Part shown: one piece after another, positions 1 to 8,638 of the stretch
How the letters are laid out: each line of letters starts with the position of its first letter
How positions within the stretch are numbered: the stretch's first letter is position 1
Assembly: GCA_963726215.1 (NCBI GenBank)
Contig: CAVSBU010000017.1
Coordinates: 29,265 to 93,264, forward strand
Source: an uncultured Chloroflexia bacterium
GTDB lineage: Bacteria > Chloroflexota > Dehalococcoidia > GIF9 > UBA5629
DNA length: 64,000 bases
Reading direction: 5' to 3'
Position numbers and translations under genes: made by a program
The notes under the pieces: model-generated
Database searches by the model: none
Told to the model about the DNA's origin: nothing
Seen by the model: the letters and a program-made list of their open reading frames with translations, nothing else

Positions 1-406
1 AATCCAGCTCCCTATCGGCTCGAAGTTTGCCTCCACCGACGTTGGTGACTACTTTGCAGCCGATGGCACGGCAAGTCTCTACTTCGGGAATATTTTCGGG
101 GCCCGTTCGGTACCCTCCTTTGGCGAATATATCGGGCTTGAGCAATTCCAGGGTTTTACATACCGTCTGGTCGTCATCCACAGACGCGATAACCTCATCC
201 ACACCTTTAATGCTCTCAAGTATTTCTTTTCTATCCTCGAATGGCCGGAACACAAACCCTTTTTTCCTGAGCAGGAAAATGTCGTTGTTCAGTATCACGA
301 CCAGCCTGTCACCTAGTTTGGCCGCCTCTCGTATGTATGCAATATGACCTACATGTATCGGGTCAAAGGCTCCACTTACTGCCACAGTGATGAATTTCTT
401 TTTCAT
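1..406 (-). CDS. cytidylyltransferase-family nucleotidyltransferase (3' end outside window)
   Basis: Not in the ORF track because there is no stop in the window. Reverse translation from ATG at 406 gives MKKKFITVAVSGAFDPIHVGHIAYIREAAKLGDRLVVILNND.... The GxFDxxHxGH motif matches glycerol-3-P cytidylyltransferase / RfaE domain II type enzymes. The + ORF 27..347 is its antisense shadow. Confidence 0.75.
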   Translation of the reverse strand, partial: MKKKFITVAVSGAFDPIHVGHIAYIREAAKLGDRLVVILNNDIFLLRKKGFVFRPFEDRKEILESIKGVDEVIASVDDDQTVCKTLELLKPDIFAKGGYRTGPENIPEVETCRAIGCKVVTNVGGGKLRADRELD

Positions 407-482
407 TCCACCCATTCTTCTTTGTTAATATAACAATGATAACCTTAATGGGCAAGTTATTGCAAAATGGATTAGAACAATC

Positions 483-755
483 TTACTCTAAGTCCTTAAT
501 CAATTCTTCAACTGAGTCGAAGACCTTAACTCGCCCAGCCCTGATGTCCTCGTCCGCCTTCTTCTCTGCATCTTGCCACTTTTCTGTCCAGAAGTAAGCC
601 TGGTTCTTGTCCACTAGCCTCTTCGGAATCAGCACCGCTTTCTCGTCTACCACTTCTATCTCAACCAGGTCGCCTTCTTCAACCCCAAGTTCCTTGCGCA
701 CGGATGCCGGAATGGTAATCTGCCCGTGCCTGGTGAGCTTGCTATACGCTGGCAT
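483..755 (-). CDS. AbrB/MazE/SpoVT-family DNA-binding protein
   Basis: 90 aa. The N-terminus TRHGQITIPASVRKELGVEEGDLVEIEV is the typical swapped-hairpin AbrB/SpoVT signature. No toxin-like partner lies on either side. Confidence 0.7.
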   Translation of the reverse strand: MPAYSKLTRHGQITIPASVRKELGVEEGDLVEIEVVDEKAVLIPKRLVDKNQAYFWTEKWQDAEKKADEDIRAGRVKVFDSVEELIKDLE

Positions 756-829
756 TCCTAATCACCTCCTAAGGTCGCTCCAATGTTTCATCGTGGTGTC
801 CGATATTGCGTAAAATGATGGTATCACCC

Positions 830-1720
830 TCAATCTGGAAAGTTAGCCTGAGATGGATTGTCTATTCCCTGTATATGCCGAGCACTTCGTAGCCTTCGGG
901 GATGGCGTGCTGTTCCGCCACCTGCGCCGGGTCGAATCCGGTAACATCCCATTTTCCAATCCGAGCCTAACTCTTTGGCCGCCAGAAAGAAATGCGCCAT
1001 GGCAATGCCGACATCGAGGCGATAGTAATGCTTGCCATCACGAACGGAACGGTTTCTGCCTTTGGCGTCGGCAACGGCTATTATCTCATTCTTGTCAACC
1101 AAAAATCGCCAGGGCTGGGTATTAGCCCAGGACGGCGCCAGTCGGGTACATTCTAAAACTTCGAGAAGCCCGCTGTCCTGCGTCTCCAGCGGCGTGCCCC
1201 ATTGGGAGCCGAAGACTATCTGCTCCAGCGGCTTCCTCCGCCTGGAATCCGGCCCACCCAGATGAACGATGCTGTGTATAGTCCGGCCGTAAGAGGAAGT
1301 ATCAGGATAGCCAAGCGGCGTCAAGGCGATGACACGCTCACCCTTCTCCAGTCCCAAAAAGGCGCTGATTCGCTGCTCGGTGAACAGTCCGCCTATCCAG
1401 CAGGTGCCCAGACCCTGCCCGGTGGCAAAGAGTATCATCTGCTCCATCCGGAAGCCCATGTTCATCATAAACAGCGGCTTTTCCTGCGAGGTGGCGATGA
1501 TGAAGTGCGGCGCTGAGCCGAAGAGCCACTGTCTGCCGGTTAAAAAGGTCATCTGCTCCGCCACCAGCTTGCCTTCTCTGATTAAGTGGAAGTGAACTCT
1601 AATACTATCGTCCAGAGCCAGAGAGGTTTCGCCGGATTTGACTACAGACTGCAAGATTTCTGTCCGGTACCGGTCGTGACTCGTAATGCCGCACGCTGAA
1701 GCGCCGTCGTATGGTTTCAC
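830..1720 (-). CDS. nitroreductase-family protein (frameshifted near 950)
   Basis: Contains RLAPSWANTQPWRF (nitroreductase FMN-site motif) and GLGTCWIGG. After about 950 the listed frame turns to junk. The adjacent frame reads GKWDVTGFDPAQVAEQHAIPEGYEVLGIYRE with a stop at 862, a typical family C-terminus. Confidence 0.6.
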   Translation of the reverse strand: MKPYDGASACGITSHDRYRTEILQSVVKSGETSLALDDSIRVHFHLIREGKLVAEQMTFLTGRQWLFGSAPHFIIATSQEKPLFMMNMGFRMEQMILFATGQGLGTCWIGGLFTEQRISAFLGLEKGERVIALTPLGYPDTSSYGRTIHSIVHLGGPDSRRRKPLEQIVFGSQWGTPLETQDSGLLEVLECTRLAPSWANTQPWRFLVDKNEIIAVADAKGRNRSVRDGKHYYRLDVGIAMAHFFLAAKELGSDWKMGCYRIRPGAGGGTARHPRRLRSARHIQGIDNPSQANFPD

Positions 1721-1918
1721 GGATATTCATGATAGATTAACAGTTCTAAATAATGCTATCACATCAGCTTAATCCTAACTACCGTCAAGGGATGACGGAA
1801 TATCATGCTACAATTGCTCACCGCCACCTCATGTAGTTGCGACCTTTTAAGGTCGCATCTGGGCGAAGGTCTAAAGCCTCGCCCCTACATTGACAAATAC
1901 CAGGTAGATCAAGGGAGA

Positions 1919-3136
1919 CTAACTAAACAAATTCAGCTTCTGCGACTTGCCGTCCTTGTCGATATGCTCGATGGAAATGGGGAAGCCCCTGCCGCCCACA
2001 GTCTTCACTTTTGTCTTGGCCAGCTCCAGCAGGTCCATAGGATTAACGCAGGCTTCGGGTGGCAAGACGCCCTTCTGCGTAATCTTTCCCGTACCCATAA
2101 TTATGGCGCCTATGGCAGCCGGTATGCCCGTGCCTTCGCCCATGCCCTGCCCTCTGGAAGACATCGAGAAAATGTAGGTGTTCTTGCCGCCGTCCTTGAC
2201 TCCTTTAACCACGATCTTCAGGCAGCCCATAGGCTGGTCAATCTTTGCCTCTTTCAGCAGCCTCTCCCGCTGGGAAAGTATATAGGCCACGGCAAATTCC
2301 AGCGGCACAATCTTATGACCCTGCACTTCGATGGGTTTCTCATCGGTAACGCCCAGCCTGACCATCCCCTTTATCAGCTCGGCATAAGCCGGCGGCAGCA
2401 CCAGTCCCAGGTTAGTTACCCTCTTCATACCCTTGAGATATTTCGGCAGGGTTATGGTCTCGGGATGCGGATAGCCGTAGACGTTATAAGTGCCGACATC
2501 CTGAAACTCGGCCTCCTCTTCCAATGCCTTCCCGCTATCATCAAAGAGATTCACGGTGGTAAATTTGCCATCGAGGAACATCGGTATGTTTATCTTCATC
2601 GAATGAATCCGGTGTTTCACCACCGCCGGCCCCTCAATCTTCTCGCCGCCGTGGGCGTGGTATATATCCACCGCCTCGACCTGGTCGAGCAAGGAATCAG
2701 CGCAGAACCTGACCAGAACATTGGCCACGCCGGGAGAGCTGCCCATGCCGATGAGCGCCGAAACGCCGGCTTTCTTCGCCTTATCATCCATAGCCAGCAG
2801 CTTCTCAGTGGCATCGAAATCATCACAGATATCAACATAGTTTATTCTGGCGTCAATCACCGTTTTCAGTATGGTAGGCCCGTACTTGTAGAAAGGCCCG
2901 ACACAGTTCAGTACCACCGACGAGCCGCCGATTGCCTTTCTTAGGCTCTGGGGACCATCGGCATCGAACTCGACAGCCGAGGCCTTACTCCCCTTGAGCT
3001 TGCCGGCTACCTTTCTGGCGGCTGCAATATTAATGTCAGCCACCACAACCTCGGAAAACACACCGCTCGAAGCCAGCGTTTCCGAGGCTATGCTGCCAAC
3101 CGCCCCACTGCCGCCTAGAACCGTAACTTTAGACAT
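1919..3136 (-). CDS. saccharopine dehydrogenase-family NAD(P)-binding oxidoreductase
   Basis: 405 aa. Rossmann N-terminus VTVLGGSGAVGS, then VLNCVGPFYKYG and GMGSSPGVANV typical of Sacchrp_dh proteins. The start lies 13 nt after the RLP stop with AGGAG upstream, so the two are probably co-transcribed. Confidence 0.8.
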   Translation of the reverse strand: MSKVTVLGGSGAVGSIASETLASSGVFSEVVVADINIAAARKVAGKLKGSKASAVEFDADGPQSLRKAIGGSSVVLNCVGPFYKYGPTILKTVIDARINYVDICDDFDATEKLLAMDDKAKKAGVSALIGMGSSPGVANVLVRFCADSLLDQVEAVDIYHAHGGEKIEGPAVVKHRIHSMKINIPMFLDGKFTTVNLFDDSGKALEEEAEFQDVGTYNVYGYPHPETITLPKYLKGMKRVTNLGLVLPPAYAELIKGMVRLGVTDEKPIEVQGHKIVPLEFAVAYILSQRERLLKEAKIDQPMGCLKIVVKGVKDGGKNTYIFSMSSRGQGMGEGTGIPAAIGAIIMGTGKITQKGVLPPEACVNPMDLLELAKTKVKTVGGRGFPISIEHIDKDGKSQKLNLFS

Positions 3137-3149
3137 CTTCCTGCTCCTT

Positions 3150-4461
3150 TCAAATCCTGATTCCTCTGCTGAACGGGTCTACCCATTCCTTAAGCGCAAT
3201 CGCCAGTTCCTCATGGTCCTTGGCATATTCCGCCAGCGGAATGCCCTGCATGGTGGCATCGATTGCCTGCCGGAATGCCTTGCCGCCGGCGATGGGACCT
3301 CTGAGGATGCGCATGAATGCCGCCGCCGGAACCTATGACGATGTCATTGCCCAGAGCCATCATCACCTGCGGCACCATGGACGGCGTAATGCCGCCCGAT
3401 GCCATGGGGAACGTCGGCTTCAGTTTATACAGCGGGAATAACAGATTCCGGGCAACATTTTTGAACTTATAATCGATTACCGGCGCCTTGCCGTAAGGGG
3501 CGGGGATAACAACCACATCAGCACCGGCCAGCCGCGGCAATTTGCCCAGCACCAGATGAGAGCTCATGCCGTGATAGGGCGACATGTACAAAGCGCCGGC
3601 CACGTCCATGTGTGCCAGTATGGGCACATTGAGGCTGGTGTCTTCAGCCAGCGCCTGCAACACCGGAAAGCCGACGGCCAGGTAGTTTATCATCAGCGCG
3701 TTGCAGCCCAGCTCCACGGCGCGTTTGGCATTCTCGAAGACCTTCGGTATTTTATCGGTTACATTTACGGTATACAGCGTGTGTTCGCCTGTTTCCTCGA
3801 AGACCTGCTTCTCAACCTGCATATACAGCTTGACGCGCTCCAGCGCTGAATTGAACGAGGCATCGGCAATCAACTCATCGTCCTTAACGATGTCGCAGCC
3901 GCCGGCGGCTGCTTTGCGGAACAGTTCAGCTCCGACTTCGCAGGTATAGCCGGTGCAGGGCTTTATCATGTTGTTAAGCAGCGGTCGCTTGGGAATTCCC
4001 AGAACTTTCCTGATGCCGTCGACGCCGAATTTCGGGCCCTGGAAACCGGCAACGAATTTCTTTGGGAAACGAATATCCACCAGCTTTATTTCGCCGCCCA
4101 TGGAGATGTTGCCCACCACTGTGGTCAGCAGCATGGGTATCTGCTCGCCGATATTTACCTCGGGATAAGCCACCTGGACGAACCACTGTCTGGTCTGCAG
4201 ATTCGGCGGCACGGTGGACTCGTAATCGGGCATTTCATAAACGCCCATCACCTTGGCAATATGCTGACGGCGGACTTCTTCAGTCTCGCCGGGCACCGCC
4301 ACCCACGTGCCCGTGCTCTGCTCGATAGCCAGGAAGGGCGCAATTATGGGAACAGGCAGCGCTGCCGGGTAAGAAACCAGATAGGTGCCGATAACGTAGT
4401 CATCGTAATCCACGCCGTCCGGTAAGGCTATGGGAAGACTCAAAATCTCATCGCCATTCAT
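3150..4461 (-). CDS. RuBisCO large-subunit-like protein (form IV RLP), one frameshift near 3315
   Basis: Retains GN (N123), IKP (K175), GGCDIVKDDE (K201/D203/E204), AH (H294), GK (K334), SGG and GGGIHAHP. It lacks K177 (C), R295 (M), H298 and H327. The C-terminus continues in the next frame as RGPIAGGKAFRQAIDATMQGIPLAEYAKDHEELAIALKEWVDPFSRGIRI, with the stop at 3150-3152. Confidence 0.85.
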
Positions 4462-4631
4462 TTAAACACCTCCTCTAACATCACAATTTCTAAATCAAAC
4501 AATCTAAATCCCAAATTCTAGAATCACTAATCAAAATCGTCACATGAAGATGCATCTTTAGTATAGGTCTGTACTGGTTGATTCTTAAATGCTTCGCATC
4601 GCTCGCATGACAGTAGGAGTTACTAGACACC

Positions 4632-6198
4632 TCATTCACAAACCGCCTTATCAAATCGCTCCTTATTCAGCTTTCTATAGAAATTCTGTAAGCTACTGTA
4701 AACTTCATGATACGAACCATACAGCGAATTATAAATATCCGAATTCCGAGGCTGCGGCTCAAATACCCTGTCTACCTTGACTACCTTTTTCAGCGACTCG
4801 AAGTCCGGATATATGCCGAGGCCAACTGCCGCTACCAGCGCGGCACCTACAGCCCCAGCTTCCTGAGGGTCGCAGACAGTCTCAATCTTCCTGCCGGTAA
4901 CATCAGCCATAATCTGCATCCACGGTTTGCCCTTGGCGCCTCCACCTATAACCCTGAGTTGCGGCAGCGGCAACTTGAACTCTTTCTCTACTATTTCTAC
5001 AATCCACCTGATGTTATAAGCCACGCCTTCATATACGGCACGCAGCATATCCTCGCGGGTATGCTCGGCGCTCAAGTTGAGAAAGGTGGCACGAACATAA
5101 CAATCGTTTATGGGAGCTCTTTCTCCGTAAATCCAGGGAGTGAAAAGAAGATAATTGGAGCCGGGCGGAATTTTTGCCACCTCGTCATCCATCAGAGCAT
5201 AGACATTGGGGATGTTCGGGTCTTTTTTTTCGGCCTTATAGAATTCATCGGCAATCCACTGTATGCAGCCGCCGGCAGCTTCAGTCTCAGCGAATAGAAA
5301 CGTCTTGTCCGGGTCTGCCGAATGAATCGTGGCGGCTCCGCATTTGCCCTGTAGTATTCGTTTGGTGACCACGCCGACCCAGCCGGACGTTCCCAGATAA
5401 ACATGACCTTCGCCTTCACCGACGGCCCCGGAGCCCACTACGGCACAGGGAGCATCTCCGGCACCGGCGATGACCGGCGTGCCCTGCAAAAGTCCATATT
5501 CCCTAGCCGCCTCTGGCGTAAGTTCGCCAACCTTGTCGATCGACCGCACTAAAGGCGGAAATTTGCCAGGTGTCAAGCCCGACATAGCGGAAAATACTGC
5601 TCAGCCAGGTTTTCTTTTTGAGGTCAAGCCCGAAGACAGAGGCGCCGGTCCACTCCATGACCATGTTGCCTGTGCTGCGATAGAAAAGATAACCCGATGT
5701 ATCGAGAAAACAGCACATCTTATTATAAATATCAGGCTCTTCCCCTTTTAGCCAGAGCAGCTTGGGCATGCCGTCCTTGCCGCACAAAGCAGTGCCGGCA
5801 ATCAGGGCGAAAACACGAGGCCCGAGAAACTTTCTCATCAGCCGCTCCGCCTGTTCACCGGCCCGGTTATCAAGCCAGATAATGGCACGCCTCAGCGGCA
5901 CTCCCTTTGAGTCCATGGGGATGACGCCGAGCATCTGCGTACCGAAAGTAACACATAGAATGTCTTTAGGAGATATACCTGTCTGCTCGAGGAGAAGCCG
6001 TGTCGTCCGTGTCACCGCCTTCCACCAGTCTAAAGGCTCCTGCTCCGCCCAACCGGGCTTTGGAAAATACGTTTTGTAAGGCTCAAGGCACTTGCCGTGC
6101 ACACGCCCCTTAACGTCCACCAGAACCGCCTTATTGCCGCTGGTGCCCACATCATGGGCGATTATGTACTTCGGCCATGTATTTCCCCGGATGCTCAT
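4632..6198 (-). CDS. FGGY-family carbohydrate kinase (xylulokinase/glycerol-kinase-like), frameshift near 5590
   Basis: ORFs 5503..6444 and 4632..5585 join into one protein. N-terminus IIAHDVGTSGNKAVLVD (FGGY phosphate-1 motif), then GAGDAPCAVVGSG and RVIGGGAKGKPWMQIMADV. The real start is ATG at 6198 (MSIRGNTW) with GGAGGTG 6 nt upstream. The longer listed N-terminus reads through a repeat element. Confidence 0.85.
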
Positions 6199-6230
6199 TA
6201 TATCACCTCCGAGATAAAAAAGGTCGCCGC

Positions 6231-6408
6231 TGTCATTCTGAGAGCGCTCCCCTGTCATTCTGAGAGCGAAGCGACGAAGAATCTCAGTGCGCAAGGTACA
6301 ATCAGATTCTTCTCGGAATACACTGAGCGAATCTTTGTCCCGACTTCGGAGTAAATGGGATTCTTCGATATCGCTCGGAATTGACTGAGCGAAGGGCTCA
6401 GAATGACA
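6231..6408. repeat. cluster of palindromic intergenic repeat units (TGTCATTCTGAG family)
   Basis: TGTCATTCTGAGAGCG occurs at 6231 and again at 6253. A perfect 12-bp inverted pair TGTCATTCTGAG (6253-6264) / CTCAGAATGACA (6397-6408) brackets degenerate GAAGAATCT / AGATTCTTC sub-repeats. The same unit recurs at 42.9 kb. Confidence 0.6.
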
Positions 6409-6431
6409 GAAGGAAAGTGCCGATAAAGGGC

Positions 6432-6461
6432 TTGACAATACCAATCATAATATGCTAATAT
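6432..6461 (+). promoter_or_regulatory. putative sigma70-type promoter for the arsR-led operon
   Basis: TTGACA (6432-6437), 18-nt spacer, TAATAT (6456-6461), about 45 nt upstream of the arsR TTG start. Confidence 0.35.
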
Positions 6462-6505
6462 TCAAATATATATATATTTATATTAACTGTAAGGAAGGTG
6501 CACTA

Positions 6506-6839
6506 TTGGCCAGATACAATCTTGAACTGTACGCCTTAAAGGCGGAATTATGCAAGACCTTCGCTGACGCCAAGCGGCTTATTATCATCGATGAGCTGCG
6601 AGCAGGGCGAGACGACTGTGGGTGAGCTGGCAAGGCTGCTCGAGTTTCCCCAGGCAGTTGTTTCCCGTCACCTGGCTATTCTCCGGGACAAAGGAGTTGT
6701 GCAGTACCGGCGAGAAGGAACCAGCGTCTACTACAGCCTTAGCGACCCCAAAATCGGCGATGCCTGTGACATGGTGCATCAGATACTGCTCGACCAGATA
6801 GAGAAGAACAGAGAGCTAGCCGAGAGGCTGGTAGCTTAA
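6506..6839 (+). CDS. ArsR/SmtB-family transcriptional regulator (frameshift near 6605)
   Basis: TTG start after AAGGAAGGTG. The N-terminal frame reads ARYNLELYALKAELCKTFADAKRLIIIDELRAG. It then joins the listed ORF TVGELARLLEFPQAVVSRHLAILRDKGVVQYRREGTSVYYSL (wHTH). Confidence 0.8.
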
Positions 6840-6865
6840 TTTCAAAGCAAAAAAGGAGATACATA

Positions 6866-7049
6866 ATGCAAGTCCAGGAATACGGATGTAATCGAATGCC
6901 GCATCACATTCAAGAAACCCAATCCGGATAATGTGAAAGACGAAAAGAATGTGAAATGTCCCCGCTGCGGCAGCGGCAAAGTTGAAAAATTTGACAGCCC
7001 TACCGACAAGTTAAGATTCTTTACCCAGTTCGCCTTCGGCGGCGGCTGA
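6866..7049 (+). CDS. small zinc-ribbon protein (hypothetical, one frameshift)
   Basis: AAAAGGAGAT RBS then ATG at 6866 (MQVQEYG). It continues in the next frame as VIECRITFKKPNPDNVKDEKNVKCPRCGSGKVEKFDSPTDKLRFFTQFAFGGG. The length of 184 nt fits a 61-codon ORF plus one inserted base. Confidence 0.4.
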
Positions 7050-7269
7050 GGTTAGACCGCAGAGGCCGTGAGCCTCGTTATCGGGTTGGAAACAACAAAG
7101 GTCACCATAACCTTGATAAATATCAGGTCAGCGAGTTTACGCAGTGAAGGAGGTGTAAGCAGGGTAGATTCAAAAAAGTTCAGTTTGGTTAAGGGGGCAT
7201 ACGGCACCCACCCCTGGCACAGTAAGGGTGCCATATCTAACGCATATTAATAATTTGAAGGAGACAGAA

Positions 7270-7746
7270 ATGGCAAAAGAAGATGGAGTAACCATAATCG
7301 TATTCAGCGGCGACATGGATAAAGTCTTTGCTGCCTTCAGCATCGCCATTGGAGCTGCCGCAGCCGGCAAAGAAACCAACATGTTTTTCACCTTCTGGGG
7401 TATAAAAGCTATACAGAAGGGAAACCTGACAGGGCAGGGCTTCTTCGGCCGCATGATGGGGCTGTTGAACCGAGGCGGCATCAATACCATCGGCCCTTCC
7501 CGCTTCAATTTCGGCGGCATCGGCCGGTGGATGTTCAAACAAATGATGAAGTCACATAAAATAACACCTCTTGAGGAACTCCGGAAGACCGCCATCGACC
7601 TGGGAGTTAAGCTCCTGCCCTGCGAGACGAGCATGCAGGTCATGGAGATAAAGCAGGAAGACCTGATTGACGAGGTCGAAAAGTCATGCGGAGTGGCCAC
7701 CATGTTGGAGAAGGCTTTCCACTCCAAAGTAACATTATTCATATAA
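7270..7746 (+). CDS. DsrE/DsrF-like family protein (DsrE2-like)
   Basis: ATG at 7270 after AAGGAGA. MAKEDGVTIIVFSGDMDKVFAAFSIAIGAAAAGKETNMFFTFWG...LLPCETSM resembles the DrsE_2/DsrE fold with a conserved Cys. It lies next to TusA. Confidence 0.7.
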   Translation: MAKEDGVTIIVFSGDMDKVFAAFSIAIGAAAAGKETNMFFTFWGIKAIQKGNLTGQGFFGRMMGLLNRGGINTIGPSRFNFGGIGRWMFKQMMKSHKITPLEELRKTAIDLGVKLLPCETSMQVMEIKQEDLIDEVEKSCGVATMLEKAFHSKVTLFI

Positions 7747-7763
7747 CACATAAGGAGGTAACA

Positions 7764-8007
7764 ATGCCCCAAGAAGTAAAGTCAGACGTAAAATTGAATC
7801 TGGAGGGGCTTGCTTTGCCCTATCCCGATAGTCAAGGTGAGCCAGGCAATTAAAAACATGGCGGTGGGCGGCGTGCTCGAAGCCACAGCCACCGACCCGG
7901 GCGTACTTGCCGATATCCCTGCCTGGACTAAGAGCACCGGCAACGAGCTCCTTTCCATCGAAAGAGAGGGCAAGCTGATCAAGTTCCTCATCAAGAGGGT
8001 GAAATGA
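7764..8007 (+). CDS. tusA: TusA/SirA-family sulfurtransferase (frameshift near 7808)
   Basis: ATG at 7764 after TAAGGAGGT. MPQEVKSDVKLNLEGL joins LCPIPIVKVSQAIKNMAVGGVLEATATDPGVLADIPAW. The CPxP active-site motif is present. Confidence 0.8.
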
Positions 8008-8638
8008 GCATATTGCAGATGGTGACCGCCGGGATTGCCCTGGTCGGCGCCGTCATCTTTGTGGTTGGTGTAGTATACGTTCTTGTGGCTGCCCAGCGCC
8101 GGCCTTACCAGGCTGAACTGGCGCCAATCAAAGGTTCTCCAGCGCTGGGCGTTGTCTATGCTTTCACCCTGGGCATGGCGCCGTGGGCCAAGGAGAGCGC
8201 CCGACGGCATTGGGTAGCTTATATACGCGGCATAATCATTCATGTTGGCATATTCGTGGCAGCAGCATTTCTGATAGCCAGCCCATGGCTGGCACAGATG
8301 GTATTGCCGCTGCGTCATCTCTCTGGCGGCTCTTTTTGGCGTCGGCGCTGTACTGGGATTGGCCGGTTTCTGGATGCGTATGGCGACCCCACCATGCGGC
8401 TGCTGAGCACCCCTGATGATTATTTCTCTCTGGCGCTGGTGACACTATTCCTGGCATCAGGTGCCGTGTCGGCTATCAAACCAGAGCTTCTTACCTGCGT
8501 TCTGGGCTGATCTCCGGCATAACCCTGGCTTACGCGCCATTCGGCAAAATTAAACATTTTATTTATTTCTTTTATGAACGCGTCTTTATCGGCCTGTTTT
8601 TCGGACGTCGCGGCGTACTGGAGTGGAAACATGAATAG
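8004..8638 (+). CDS. integral membrane protein, NarI/HdrE/DsrM-like (several frameshifts)
   Basis: Hydrophobic helices (IALVGAVIFVVGVVYVLVAA, IIIHVGIFVAAAFLIASPW, LALVTLFLASGAV). The C-terminus in another frame reads LISGITLAYAPFGKIKHFIYFFYERVFIGLFFGRRGVLEWKHE. Its stop overlaps the start of the HdrD-like gene (ATGAATAG). Confidence 0.5.

Noticed and set aside
483-755. AbrB/MazE-like gene as part of a type II toxin-antitoxin pair.
   Set aside because: No toxin-sized ORF (MazF, VapC, Doc and so on) lies on either side. The flanking gaps are only about 75 nt. It looks like a solitary AbrB/SpoVT-type regulator.
1805-2944. Long + strand ORF (379 aa) opposite the saccharopine-dehydrogenase-like gene. 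Similar long antisense ORFs occur at 53600..54457 (opposite ligA), 7170..7772 (opposite the DsrE-like gene), 17147..17608 (opposite nusA) and 31095..33086 (opposite pnp).
   Set aside because: They have low-complexity, Arg/Leu/His-rich composition, no RBS and no recognisable motifs. Each fully overlaps a gene with strong family signatures on the other strand. They are typical shadow ORFs of GC-rich coding DNA.
3150-4461. Bona fide RuBisCO (form II/III) and hence CO2 fixation or nucleotide-salvage carboxylation.
   Set aside because: Catalytic residues K177, R295, H298 and H327 are substituted. No phosphoribulokinase, AMP phosphorylase or R15P isomerase lies nearby. It is called a RuBisCO-like protein instead.
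6466-6477. (AT)6 dinucleotide run upstream of arsR as a microsatellite or phase-variation tract.
   Set aside because: It is only about 12 nt and lies downstream of the putative -10 element, in what would be the 5' leader. It is too short to argue for slipped-strand regulation.
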